DNA of 64,000 nt from contig NC_043004.1 of the NCBI RefSeq assembly GCF_006345805.1, positions 64,914,001 to 64,978,000 on the forward strand. The letters run 5' to 3'. This DNA is from Octopus sinensis. Taxonomy: Eukaryota. Made by a program: the position numbers and the translations under genes. Of the stretch, positions 10,661-23,632 are shown one piece after another (the first letter of the stretch is position 1; the number at the start of each line of letters is the position of its first letter). The notes beneath the pieces are model-generated. The model was not told the DNA's origin. It saw nothing but the letters and a program-made list of their open reading frames with translations, and did no database searches.

Positions 10661-13600
10661 TCATCATCATCATTTAACGTCTGCTTTTCATGCAAGCATG
10701 GGTTAGACTATTTGACTGAGGTCTGGCGAACCAGACTCCAATCTGATCTGGCAGAGTTTCTACAGCTGGATGCCCTTCCTAATGCCAACCACTCTGAGAG
10801 TGTAGTGGGTGCTTTTATGTGCCACCAGTATGAGGGCATGTTTGGTGGTACTGGCAACGTCCACACCCAAATGGTGCTTTTTACGTGCCACCTGCACAGG
10901 AGCCAGTCCAGTGGCACTGGCAACGACCTCGCTCAAATATTTCACATGCCACCAGCACAAGTGCTGGTAAGGCGATGCGGTAACGATCACACTTGAATGG
11001 TGTGCTTAACATGCCATCGGCACGGAGGCCAGCTTGTTGCTCTGGCAACGATCTCACTCGTATGGTACTCTTAGCGCTCCACTAGCAACAGATGCCAGTC
11101 ACCGAATTTGACTTCGACTTCGATTTCACTTGCCTCAACTGGTCTTTGCAAGCAGAGTTTAGTGTCCAATGAAGAAAAGGCATGCACAAGTGGACTGGTT
11201 ACACCCTAGCATAGGCCACATGGCTATGGTCACACTTGCGCTTGTCGAGTCTTCTGCAGCACAGCATATTTCCAGAGGTCCTGGTCATTAGTCATTGCCT
11301 CAGTGAGGCCCAATGTTTGAAGGTGATGCTTCGCCACCTCATCCTGGTCTATCTCTTCCACAGGTTCCCTCAACTGCTAGGGTGTGGCACTTTTTCACAC
11401 AGCTATCAACATCCATTCTCGCCACATGACCATACCAGCGCAATCGTCTCTCTTGCACACCACATCTGATGCTTCTTAGGTCAAACCTTTCTCTCAGGGC
11501 ACACTGACATTACACATCCATCGGAGCATACTGGCTCAATTCCTTGCAAGCTTACGCATATCCTCAGCAGTCATTGCCATGTAGCATGGCTGTTCATACA
11601 CATGCGTTGTACAGTCTACCTTTTACTCTGAGCGAGAGGCCTTTTGTCACCAGCAGAGGTAAGAGCTCTCTGAACTTTGCCCAGGCTATTCTTACTCTAG
11701 CAGTTACACTTTCAGCACACCCACCTGACTTGGTCGCCTAGGTAACGGAAGCTATCAACTACTTCTAGTTTTTCTCCCTGGAATGTAGCGGAAGTTGGTC
11801 TCAGAGCATTTTCAGTGTTTATTGCTCCTGAGCATTTGCCACATACAAAAACTATCTTCCCAGTTAGCCTTCCTTTGACATTGCTGCACCTCTTATGTGT
11901 CCATAGTTTACATTTGGTACATCTTATAGAGTTTCTACCTACGCCTTTTCTACAGATCGAACAGGGCCATCTACCTGAAGGGATTTGTGGTTTGCCTGCC
12001 TTCCTACTTATTAGGACTTTGGTTTTAGCTAGATTGACTCTAAGGCCCTTCGATTCTAATCCTTGTTTCCACACTTGAAACTTCTCCTCTAGTTCTGTTA
12101 GTGACTCAGCAATTAGAGCAAGGTCATCAGCATAGAGGAGCTCCCAGGGGCATCCTGTCTTGGATTCCACCGTTATTACCTGGAGGACTATGATAAATAG
12201 GAGGGGGCTGAGGACTGAACCTTGGTGGACCCCTACCTCTACCCGGAATTCTTCACTGTACTCGTTGCCAACCCTCACCTTACTGACAGCGTCCCTGTAC
12301 ATGGCTTGCACGACTCTCACTAACCATTCATTTATCCCTAGTTTCCTCATTGACCACCAAATAAGGGATTGGGGGACCCTGTCGGAGGCTTTCTCCATGT
12401 CAATGAAAGCCAGGTAAAGGGGCTTATCTTTGGCTAGGTATTTCTCCTGCAGCTGTCTAACCAGAAATATAGCATCAGTGGTGCTTTTTCCTGGCACGAA
12501 ACCAAACTGCATCTCATCCAAACTGACTCTTTCCCTAATCAGTTGGGCTATGACCCTCTATGTGACCTTCATTACCCGATCCAAGAGCTTGATACCCCTG
12601 TAATTATTTGTATCTAAAGCGTGACCTTTTCCTTTGTAGCAGTTGACTATTATGCTGCTACACCAGTCATTGGCTATGACTCCTTTGTGTATCACCTGGT
12701 TAACTATACGGGTGACCAGGCTAATGCCGACACTGCCAGATATTTTGACCATCTCTGCAGTAATTCCTGATGGGCCGGGGGCTTTCCCTGTCTTCATGCT
12801 CTTAATTGCTTTAACTACCAAGGTACTGTCAACTCGGATAGCTGGTCCCTCTGTTGGGTCGACAATCAGCAGACTCTCTTTCTCCCATTCATTTTCTTTG
12901 TTCAGCAAACTTTCATAGTGGCATCTCCAAACCTATCTCTTTACAGCCTCATTTAGTGCAAGAGAACCATCATCCATGTGGATACGTTTCTCTCCTACCA
13001 CATCACGATTCTCTCTCACACACTGTCTTGCAACACGAAATACCTCAAGTCTTTGGTCCTCACGGTGCAGAACATTGGCAAATTTTTTCTTATCTGCTTC
13101 CCCTCTGGCTAACTAAACCTGTCTCCTAGCTTCTCTTTTGGCAGTCTAATATGATTCCCTGCTACCATCATTCTTCCAGTCCTTCCAAGCCTGTCTCTTT
13201 TCTCTAATAGCCCTGTCTACAACATTGTTCCACCACCACGTTATTTTGGGTTGAGAGGGGACTTTGCACCAGCCACAGATCTGGTCAGTGGCTCTCAGCA
13301 GGTTGTCCCTTAGAAACCTCCAGTTGTCTTCTACCCCATGTGAAGCTATATCCCCTTGTACTTTGTCAAAGGCTTCAAGTAATATGTCCCTAAGTCTCTG
13401 TCCATTCGCAGGATCTTTAAGCTTCCAGATCCTTCTTCTCCATGCTGGTCGTCCTCTTAGTCCTGATCTAAAGTCACTAACTACCAATTTATGTTGTGGG
13501 GTACATTCTTCACCTGGGAAGGTTTTGGCATTTATAAGCAGCCATCTTTCCTTTTTCCTGGCAAGGATGTAGTCAATTTGGCTGGTATGTCAGCCTGATT

Positions 13601-14002
13601 GGTAGGTGACTAGGTGGCTGGTAGGTTTCCTGAAGTTAGTGTTGCAAACCATAAGATCATTTGCATCGCAGAACTCCAGCAGGCTGGTTCCCTCCTTGTT
13701 GCAGGAACCATAACCATAGTCTCCATGTACACCATGGAAGGCCCCAGCATGTTGTCCATTGAAGTCACCAGCCACAAAGAGAAAGTCTCTGTCATTCTTC
13801 AACGAGGTAGTCTGCAGTAGGGTGCCATAGAATTGGTCTTTCTGTCCATCAGGTAGCCCCAGCTGAGGGGCATAGGCCGATATGGTTGCTAATCCATGAT
13901 GAAGCACTAATCTAATCTTAAGTATTCTGTCGCATACTCTGATTACCACAATTACCTTATCTACCCATTTTTCAGCGAGAAGTATTCCCACGCCCCCAAC
14001 CC
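10661..14002 (-). mobile_element. Near full-length decayed RTE LINE (APE, RT, 3'UTR)
   Basis: APE piece GGVGILLAEKWVDKV..SAYAPQ..AGDFNG (13590-14000); RT QFGFVPGKSTTDAIF..QGSVLSPLLF..YADD (11712-12908); several frameshifts and stops; (CAT)n tail at 10661. Confidence 0.95.
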
Positions 14003-14253
14003 AATATATATATATATATATATTATGTTTGTATACATACATATATATATATATATATATTAAGTTTGTATACATATATATTATATTATATTTGTATATA
14101 TATGTTTATATTATATATATATGTATGTATATATATATATAATATATATATATATGTATGTATAAGAGGGAAAAACTACCTCGCTTGGCAACAGGTGGGT
14201 GTTGGCGTCAGGAAGGGCATCCGGCCGTAGAAAACTTGCCATACACATAGCGC

Positions 14254-14304
<51 letters not shown>

Positions 14305-14311
14305 GTATATG

Positions 14312-14382
<71 letters not shown>

Positions 14383-14392
14383 ATTTGTGAAA
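14003..14392. repeat. (TA)n/(TATG)n microsatellite block with an embedded SINE/RTE-type fragment (14166-14243, +)
   Basis: Direct inspection; the fragment contains TTGGCGTCAGGAAGGGCATCCGGCCGTAGAAAA. Confidence 0.85.
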
Positions 14393-15259
14393 AGAAGTCC
14401 CATAAAATTCATCAATTTATTTAAAAATGGAAGATACAAGTTGTTAAAATGTATAAGAAATTTAATTCTTGCAGATGATCATTTTGTACAGAGATATAAA
14501 AATTATAATGCAAATTCATGATTGAATAAAATTACATTAAATTGATTTAATTAAATATATCAATGTACTCTTCAGTGCAGGAAGTATAAATGAAAATACA
14601 ATGAACTTGAGAAAGAAGATAGCATAAAAATTGGATCTAGGAGATGAAGTAAAGCGGTATTAAAGACGTTCCCTCTATAGATGAGTATGGAAATTAGATA
14701 TTTTAGCTCCAAATTAGTAGTGTAGAGCAAAATATGTCTAATGTAAAGACAATCCTAGGTTTGAATTGAAATATGGACTGACCTTTGAAATCGTTAAAGA
14801 AATTTTCAATACATAAGTTTATCGTGAGGAGATGGTATATAAAGAGCTAATACCAGATAGTTAATGTAAACAAATGGTAGAAGAAATAGAGAGGTAAAAA
14901 GGGTTAAAGATAGAATATGATGTATAAAAGGGACTTATGTTTGCATAAAAAATAATATTCATTAGTATGTATTAAACAGAATGCAGAAAAATAAGTAAAG
15001 ACAGAAAAATAGTCGTTACTATTTCAAATAAAATAGTATATACTTGGTGTGACTTTAAAGAGGTAAAAAGTAAGATTGAAATAGAGAATAAAGATAGGAA
15101 TATAGAAAAGATTTTTTCTGATGGTAAGGTATTGCATGGAAAACTAACGTCAGAATTAAGTTTCCTAGGGTAACATTAAGCTTCACCATGAGTTTGGTGA
15201 AAATTGATTGCAAGTTGCGAAAACTACAACAGAAAATGTGTTGCATATAAAAAGCTTAG

Positions 15260-15460
15260 ATTCTTGACCCCATGTCGAACTTATCGATTTTTTCAGAACT
15301 GGGGGAACTTTTCAAAATTTTCGCTGCGTTAGTTTTGAATTGTGACATTGGGCTATGTGTGTGTCAAGTTTCATCAGAATCGGTTGAAAGCCGTGGTCAG
15401 GGTGAGGGTACAACCTGACAGACACACAGACAGACAAACTGCCGTTTATATATAGAGAGA
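15260..15460 (-). mobile_element. 5' half of the same non-autonomous Helitron family as 10147-10519
   Basis: Reverse complement of about 10147-10350, including the TC 5' terminus at 15460; the 3' end is missing. Confidence 0.9.
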
Positions 15461-15639
15461 TTTACTGATATAAGATGGTTATTCAATATTAATCCAAGGT
15501 TATCCATTATCATATCTATGTACCCCTATATATAATAGGTAATTTATTATTGATCAAAGGTAATACAATTATATCCTCTTAATTAAATAAATGTTAAATC
15601 AAAACCATTAATATCGAGATGGACCACATAAGTAGTTAA

Positions 15640-16890
15640 AACTAAACAAACAAATATGCAGTCCACCCGTTTCCTATAAACCTGTATAAATACAACAAAT
15701 ACCTTAATCGAATATAGGTTGAAGTACATAAGTAAATATATATATGCATATACATATATACACTCATATACGTACATAAACATTCACATGCACACCTGCA
15801 TACAGTCCTATAAATAGCCACACATATGCAAAATATACATATACAATATACATACAAATACTCATATATACACAGACATGAACATTCATACATACACACA
15901 TACACATATACACTCATATACCCACACATAAATATACATACATACATATACATAAATATATACATATATATAAATACATACATACACACACACACATATA
16001 CATATATACATGTATACATACATACACCCAACTTGAATAGACATATATACATATCCGCATACATACAATCACACTTCTTAAATAGACATAAATACATATC
16101 CATATGTACACACACACACATTCAACAGCACATACACACATGCACGACTACACCTATATATATATATATATATATATATACCTACACACACATATACATA
16201 CATTCAACAGCACACACACTCACACCTATACATATATATATATATATACTTACAGACATACACACACACATAAATACACCCACGCAACATATATAAGCAT
16301 TCATATACCCCATACATTTACCAGCACACACACACACATACATACATTCAACAGCACACATATATACACACACGCCTAGGCACACCTGCACCTATATACA
16401 TATAAATATATAAACATATATACCTAGACACACACACATATATACACGCAACACATACAAGCATTCATATACCCAAATACACACTCCTCAGACACATATA
16501 TATACACATCTGCATGCATACCAATATACATCCATTCATCAACCCACACATACGCACAAGGTATTACATCCACATATATACACACAGACCTATACATGTA
16601 TGCGTACACACACATAAACATACATATACATACAAGTATATACATACATACACAAAAGTATGTACATATAATCATACGAACCCACACATATGTAAACATA
16701 CACACATATATGCGCGCACATACATGCGCCCATACATACACGTATCCACACACACATACACATGTGTGCATACGCATACATGCGCTCACACATCCATGCA
16801 CACTCATACATTTACGCATGCATACAAATACATGCAAGCACATATACACAGGAATGTACACATACATATGGACATATTCATACATTCATA
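15640..16890. repeat. Long (AC)/(AT)-rich low-complexity satellite
   Basis: Degenerate ACACAT/ATAC repeats; source of many spurious YIYI/HTHT ORFs. Confidence 0.9.
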
Positions 16891-17222
16891 TTTTGCCATC
16901 ATCCCTTCCTTTCTCATTCATACGTTGCGACGGAGAAAAACACAAGAGTCTTATTGTAGTACGATTATGTTAGGGACTTTATCGTATGTCACCGGTATCT
17001 TTATAGTGAGGGACATGTTATCGATGACACCGTTTACTTGGTATGTTAGTAACTAATTAATTTAATTTAATTATAATCGTATGTAATAATTAACACATCG
17101 TAAGGTAAACGTTAATGTTTGTGATTAACATAATTTTGAGTTCAGTTAATTGTATCATGTGTAGTAGTTATCTCATAAATGTCAGAGCAACGTTGATGTT
17201 TCAGGATCCAAATGAAGACTAA

Positions 17223-17317
17223 TTGCCTTCCTTGGTCCTTCACTCTTTACTTTGCCTTCCTTGGTCCTTCACTCTTTACTTTGCCTTCCTTGGTCCTTCA
17301 CTCTTTACTTTGCCTTC
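17223..17317. repeat. Perfect 29-bp minisatellite, about 3.3 copies
   Basis: TTGCCTTCCTTGGTCCTTCACTCTTTACT at 17223, 17252 and 17281, partial at 17310. Confidence 0.95.
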
Positions 17318-17360
17318 AAATCGAAAATACGTATTATTTGAATTACCACTACAACACAGG

Positions 17361-17503
17361 TTACTCTTTTACTCTTTTACTTGTTTCAGTCATTTGACTG
17401 CGGCCATGCTGGAGCACCGCCTTTAGTCGAGCAAATCGACCCCGGGACTTATTCTTTGTAAGCCTAGTACTTATTCTATCGGTCTCTTTTGCCGAACCGC
17501 TAA
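17361..17503 (-). mobile_element. SINE 3' part with (GAGTAAAA)n tail
   Basis: Same GGTGCTCCAGCATGGCCGCAGTCAAATGACTGAAACAAGTAAAAG end as copies at 29263, 35815, 53135 and 54725. Confidence 0.85.
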
Positions 17504-17697
17504 TTTTCTATTAACTTTATTTGGACTGTTCACAGAACGAGCATAAAAGTTATCTCTTCAATGTTATTATGGTTAATATAGGGCGTAACAAATATCTATT
17601 ACCTATTACAGACTTCCCTTTAATAACTGCAAATACTAATTTTTTGAAGTTATTACCCTGGCATCGTTGAAACGAAAACATTTCTTAAAATAAAAAA

Positions 17698-18526
17698 AAG
17701 GGGGGGGGGCAAAATGAGTAACTTAGGATTTCTCGTTATTTTCTCCCTGTTTTTGCAAAGCATTCTTTCGATATCGATATTTTATCTCTCACTCCTTCCC
17801 AGATGTTTTGATGGCGTGTTCAGTAAAATCTGTGCAAATATTGCAACATCTTTAAGAGTAAAGATTGGTCAGCATAGTTGTTGTTGAAGTTAGTTCGAAA
17901 CACAGGTGACATGTCCTTTTTTTTTTTTCAAGAACTTTTTCTTCAACTTTGAACCCGATTTTAATTGAGGTTGCTAATAAAATATCTGAATAATTTTTGG
18001 TGTTTAACAATCAATATTCTTTTCTCTACTGGATTCCAAGTAAATTTTTGATAATTTTCATGATGTTTAAAATTAGGTAAAATGAGTAATGACTAATTTC
18101 AATAATTTCTCTTTAACTGTATGATCGTCAAGAAGCTATGGAGAATATTTTATGTCGGGTTCCGTTAATTTCATATCGTGTGCCATTGTCCCCTGATCCT
18201 CTTCATGTTGCTTTTCTGATCTTTCGGATGTCTAGGGATGGATATAGATGTGTATGAGCCTGTTTTCTGGAGAACTGAAATGGCAAATTTACCTTATCTT
18301 GGCTTTTTACTTCAGCCAAATTTGTTTTTTATATGCTCAAAGAGAACGGCGATAATTTTCTGAATTAGTGTTCAGATTATGTTATAATGTTTTTAATGCA
18401 TTCAGGGAAAGCCATTTGCTTAGCTGATATAGTTTTTGTAAGGTTGTAGACATTTGTAAAAAATATATTTTGCCTCAACATCAAAGATACAGTAAAAACT
18501 GCTCATTGTGCCCCACCCGCTCCCTA
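17698..18526. mobile_element. Putative non-autonomous TIR DNA transposon
   Basis: GGGGGCAAAATGAGTAAC at the left end versus CTGCTCATTGTGCCCC at the right end (imperfect inverted termini); no clear ORF. Confidence 0.45.
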
Positions 18527-18545
18527 TTTAAAAGTAATATCTGTA

Positions 18546-20490
18546 CAGGCATACCTCAACTTCAATTGCAACTTAACTCGAGAAATGAAATAAAATGAAA
18601 AATGCCACAGCTTGGTAAGATGGATGATGGATATTTGGTTAGGCTGTGTGTTTCCATATAAAAATCAACACACTATATAAAGCTTCCAACAAATCACGTT
18701 AATTTATATAAAGACATTACGGAGATTATTTTCCGAGTATATTAAGCTGAATATTAGGAGTGTGTCTGTACTGAGAAAGACAAGAAAATAAGTCTTATCT
18801 AATGAGAAGCTTATCTCCTCTCTGGATTGTCTTTCAAGTGCATGCCAAATTATGACCATATTTTGGGTGGGAAAAGAACCAAAAATAAAAGGAAAATAAA
18901 TACATTTACCTGATTGGTGACATCAGAGTGCTTGATTGGCCAGAAGTGGAGGCTGGAGGGGAAGCCTTGACATCCAAGTCGAAGGAATTGATTCATCATC
19001 AAGCATTTGCAACTCTGACCATTGACTTTCAAAGTGCAATAAGAACTTGTCTCGAGTGCCTTGAATGTTTTTTTTTTCTTCTTGTCATCCAGGATAACTC
19101 TATAAGGAACATAAACACCATGAACAGCCCCTATAATTTTAACAGAGTGCATATATGCAAAAGCTTGCTGCATCTTATGCCTTAGTTCTGGTCCCAGCTG
19201 CTGTGTCTCATCTTGTTATTACTGTTGATGAAGCTCCATCAACTCTTCTTTTATGAGTGGGTGCATATCAACATTAATTAAGTGTCAAGATTCTCCTCCT
19301 CCAAATCCATGTTCAATTCTTTTGACAATTCCACCAATTCTTTGTTTACTTCAGAAGTGTTAATACCCTTAAAATCATTCACAAATTGAGGGTACAGTTT
19401 CTTCCAAATGGCATTTCTGTTTCATTCTTCCATGCTTTGCAAGTATCATATATCTTCCAGAAATTATATAGAGTGTGGTGCCATCCTCCATTTCTGATGC
19501 TGCTACTCCCTGCTTGAGTATACACCTTTGGTAGTAACACTTGGGCTTTGTTGCAGTAGAGAGGTGGCATTAGACAGTAAGTGTACGACTGTGATATTAA
19601 GAAAAATGTCAATGACATTTTGTGGGTGGCTAGGAGTGTTGTCTAAAATAAAAATTTGCTCTCATAACAGTAGTTTTTTGACTGCTGGAAGAAAGCGATT
19701 GAAAAACCAATCTTCAAAATTTATGACTCTCACCCAAACATTGGTGTTTGACATCCATATAACATGTTTTGGGATATTCCTAGTGCTTTTGGATTTGCGG
19801 CATGATAAATTTAGAAAGGCATTAACTTACAAGCAGTTGCTTCTGACATGAGAGTCATAATCTTTAGAGACCTTAAAACTAGGTATAAACTTAGCTATGA
19901 AGGCCCAGTTTGGTATTCTTTTCTAGAAAAGTTAGTTTCATCTACATCGAAAATTTGCTGAGGAATAAAGCCATTGTCTGCAATAATCTTCACTGAAGTG
20001 GCATGAAACTTAGCCACTGCTACTGTGTCCACTGATGCACTTTTGCCTTGGACTGTAACATTCAGAAAAGTGAATTGCCTAAACCATCCTGAAGTGGCCT
20101 TCAAATTCTTTGTCATGCCTTCAGGATACTTCAACAAAGTGCTCTCTCTTGAATTATCATCTGGCATATAAGGATACACTAATGAGTTGCCATTGAAACC
20201 ACAGGGAAAGAAGCTGCTCCATTTCTCCAATGATTTTGCCTCTTTCATTGGTAATTTTGGTGTTCTTCAACTCTGGAGCAATGTCTTGGATGTAAGTTAA
20301 AACCCTTACCATATCATGAATAATTGTAAATATCATTGTCTGACATAAGCCATCGGCATGCACTATCAGTACCATCATTTCATTTTTTTCATAGCATTTG
20401 ATCATCACCAATGTATCCTCCAAAGAAATAGCATGGCACTTAGGGCCACCAGTACTAGGAGCTTTCTTGGAGAAGCATGGTGCATGAAAA
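18546..20490 (-). mobile_element. Tigger/pogo-family transposon A (decayed transposase; 3' TIR at 18546)
   Basis: TA|CAGGCATACCTC terminus; minus-strand fragments ISLEDTLVMIKCYEK (HTH), KATSGWF..QQIFDVDET (DDE_1 start), EDWFFNRFLPAVKK..LDNTPSHP, and C-terminal YRVILDDKKKK. Confidence 0.85.
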
Positions 20491-20499
20491 AATCCACAA

Positions 20500-22006
20500 A
20501 TTTATATAGTCATCACAAACATGCTTGCGTTGATTGTGCCAGTAAACATGGTAATTCAAAAAAGGTCAAAAGTTTGTGATATTTGCAGAAAAAGGAAAGT
20601 GAAACTTCTAAGGAAAATTCCTTTTTGGCTTGTAAAAGCTGGTTTAAATGGTTTAAGAAGTGCATGAATTTGTACAACATAAAACTGACTGGTGAAACTG
20701 TGAGTACTGACATAGAGGCTGCTACTAATTATCCCAAGCAATTTGATGAAAATGAATGCTGAAGGGTGCTACACACTAGAACAGTATAGAATGTTGATGA
20801 AACTGCACTTTTGTGAAAGCACATGCCTGCTACAACTTTTATTTCTCAAGAAGAAAAATCAACACCAGGATTTAAAGTTTCCAAAAATTGTCTCACACTT
20901 CTTTTAGGAGGAAATGCTGTTGGTGATATGAAATTAAAACCCCTACTTGTGTGTCACAATAAAAACTCAAGGGCTTTCAAGAGTTACACAAAGCTTAATC
21001 TACTTCTGATTTGGCATTCAAATTAGAAGGCATGAATGACTAAGAGCCTTGGTCACTTTCAAACAACTTATGAAAGCAATTGACAGAGAGGGTAAACCTA
21101 CAGTTAGAGATTTCTGGGAAGAAGTTCAAAATAATGGATACTGTGGGTAATATAGCTCATGGGATGAAGTGAAACCTTTAACTTTGAATAGTACTTGGGA
21201 AAATATAAGGCCAGACTGTATCCCCAAGCAGAGAAACTACATCAAATTCAGAAAGATATTGTGACACTTGCAAAGGATTTAGTATTTGAAGAAGTCAGAG
21301 GATGATGTGATTGAGTTGCTAGTATCACAGAGTGAAAGTTTATCTAATAAGGAGCTGGTGCTGTTAGAAAAAGAACAAGCTGAGAATACAGGTGGAACAA
21401 TGGAAGTTCCTCCTAAACCTCTAAAATTGACTACAAAAATTATTGCTAAAAGTATTGGCATTTATAGAGGAAGATCTGCAAGTTTCTGCTGATAATGATC
21501 CTAATTGTGAATATAACATAAAAATTAGAAGAGGAGTTTATAATGAGCTCTATTCCTTCACTGAGCTGTACAAAGAGATGATGTTTTATAAACAACAAAC
21601 AATTTTGGATAAGTTCTTCATCTCTTAAGCTGATGTTGGTGATAAAGATAGTAAATAATATCTACCTACACCCCTCACACAGCAGTTAACATCTTTTGGG
21701 GTAAGGATGTACTCTTATGATATGATTCTTATTAATTCCCTAACATATGATATGTTTTTGTGATTTTTACGTATGTACTTATATTCTACTGTGTGAGTTT
21801 AGAAATTGTTATTTTTCATCTTTGAAGGTGATTGTGTTGCTTGTTTCCTGTTGTTTTCTTGTGCTTTTTTGTCAAAATTGTCTTTAGGAACACAATCTCA
21901 CTTGATAACATGAAAACCAATAGGCAAACTAATTCCATTTTATGGTATCTTGCGTTACAGTCAGATTTTCAGGAATGCATTATTTGCATAAAGCAAGGGA
22001 TTCCTG
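20500..22006 (+). mobile_element. Tigger/pogo-family transposon B (decayed, internally deleted; 3' TIR ends at 22006)
   Basis: KSWFKWFKKCMNLYNIKLTGE..NVDETALL..MPATTFISQEEKSTPGFKVSKNCLTLLLGGNAVGDMKLKPLLV; terminus AAGCAAGGGATTCCTG|TA. Confidence 0.85.
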
Positions 22007-22147
22007 TATGTATGTATGTGTGCGTGTGCACGCACGCATACTTATAACATGCATATTGAACTCCTGTATACATGTACTCGTGCATTTTTTTTATCCAACA
22101 TCTGTCTTATCTAATCTTATACTGTCATGTCTTTTCTTACTTTGCAG

Positions 22148-22345
22148 TTGTGCTAGCACTGAACTATTACAACCTGTTGTAGAAGAACAGGGATTCCTCC
22201 AGAAAGGTTGTTGCCATTCATTTATGGATTCTGTGTCTACATTGCATACATTAGCCATATCCACATTCATTAATGTAGAAACAGAAGCATTTTTGTCTAC
22301 AATACTGACTGGGAGAGGATCCATTCAGTAATAAACATTATAATG
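22148..22345 (+). other. Candidate upstream (5'UTR/start) exon of the ZNF gene
   Basis: Preceded by tcttttcttactttgcAG (ends 22147) and followed by ATG|GTAAGT at 22345/22346; stops occur in all three frames before the terminal ATG. Prediction only. Confidence 0.4.
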
Positions 22346-22471
22346 GTAAGTAGAAAATATATCTGCATTGTATATTTTCCACAAATGTAAATCCATGGGA
22401 TTTAAGACAAGAAACTGAGCCATAATAGACACCGACATGTCTCAGTTTTTAAGAATTCTTCAAGAATTAAT

Positions 22472-23632
22472 ATGGAGGACATTAATGAGTTGGACACTTC
22501 TACCATAACTGTTTTTAACAATGTAGACGCAATTACACAGACATTCAATGGTGAGAAACCATTAGCAAGTGAAACACTTAACAAGAAAACATCGGTAAGC
22601 AGAAATATTTACTGTGAAATCTGTGGGAAATCTTTTGCCTCAAACAGTAATTTAACAAAGCACAAACGAATCCACAGCGGAGAAAAGCCATTTCAGTGTG
22701 AGATATGTGGGAAAGCCTTCACTCAAAATTCTCATCTTGTTGTTCACATACGAAGTCACACAGGAGAGAAACCATTCCGCTGTGAAGCGTGTGGGAAATC
22801 TTTTGTTTCTGACAGTGATTTAACAAGACACAAAGTGATACACTCTGGAGAAAAACCATATCACTGTCAGATATGTGGGAAATCTTTTACCAATAATTCA
22901 AATCTTGTTATCCACATACGTAGTCACACTGGAGAGAAACCATTCTGCTGTGAATTGTGTGGGAAATCTTTTGTTTCCAATATTCATTTAACAAGTCACA
23001 AAAGGATACACAGTGGAGAAAACCTCTGTTATTGTAAAATCTGTGGCAAATCGTTCGTTAATAATTCAAAGCTTGTTATTCACAGAAGTAGTCACACTGG
23101 AGAGAAACCGTGTCATTGCGATGTGTGTGGCAAGTGTTTTGTGTCTAACAGTAATTTAACAAGACACAAACTAATACACAGTGGAGAGAAATCCTTCCAC
23201 TGTGAAATATGTGGCAAGTCTTTCGTCTCCAACATTGTTTTAACCAAGCACAAACGTAGTCACACAGGAGAAAAACCATTCCAGTGTGAAACGTGTGGGA
23301 AATCATTCTCTGTCAATTCCAGTCTTGTAGTTCACAACCGTAGTCACACCGGAGAGAAGCCTTTCCACTGTGAGATATGTGGGAAGTCTTTTGTTGAGAA
23401 TTCTAAACTGACCATTCACATACGTAGTCACACTGGAGAAAAACCATATCGCTGTGAAGTGTGTGGGAAATCTTTTGTTAATAATAGTGATTTAACAAAA
23501 CACAAACGAATCCACACAGGAGAGAAACCTTATCATTGTGATATATGTGGGAAATCTTTTAAGACCAACAGTCACTTGAAGGCACACAAACGAATCCACA
23601 CTAGAAAGAATCCTTTCAACTGTGAAATGTGA
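22472..23632 (+). CDS. Tandem C2H2 zinc-finger protein, 12 complete fingers with TGEKP-type linkers (probably the last coding exon; true start uncertain)
   Basis: 386-aa ORF with 12 C-x2-C-x12-H-x3-H repeats; no KRAB, SCAN or BTB domain visible; style matches the known coleoid C2H2 expansion. Confidence 0.93.
   Translation: MEDINELDTSTITVFNNVDAITQTFNGEKPLASETLNKKTSVSRNIYCEICGKSFASNSNLTKHKRIHSGEKPFQCEICGKAFTQNSHLVVHIRSHTGEKPFRCEACGKSFVSDSDLTRHKVIHSGEKPYHCQICGKSFTNNSNLVIHIRSHTGEKPFCCELCGKSFVSNIHLTSHKRIHSGENLCYCKICGKSFVNNSKLVIHRSSHTGEKPCHCDVCGKCFVSNSNLTRHKLIHSGEKSFHCEICGKSFVSNIVLTKHKRSHTGEKPFQCETCGKSFSVNSSLVVHNRSHTGEKPFHCEICGKSFVENSKLTIHIRSHTGEKPYRCEVCGKSFVNNSDLTKHKRIHTGEKPYHCDICGKSFKTNSHLKAHKRIHTRKNPFNCEM

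Noticed and set aside
14505-14580. Minus-strand CTGAAGA followed by an AT-rich hairpin
   Set aside because: No GAAA core half; AT-rich pairing is expected by chance.
15583-17056. Many 60-180-aa ORFs rich in Y/I/H/T/C/V (also at 14176-14521, 46976-47406 and 58785-59213)
   Set aside because: These are translations of (TA)n/(CA)n microsatellites that lack stops by composition.
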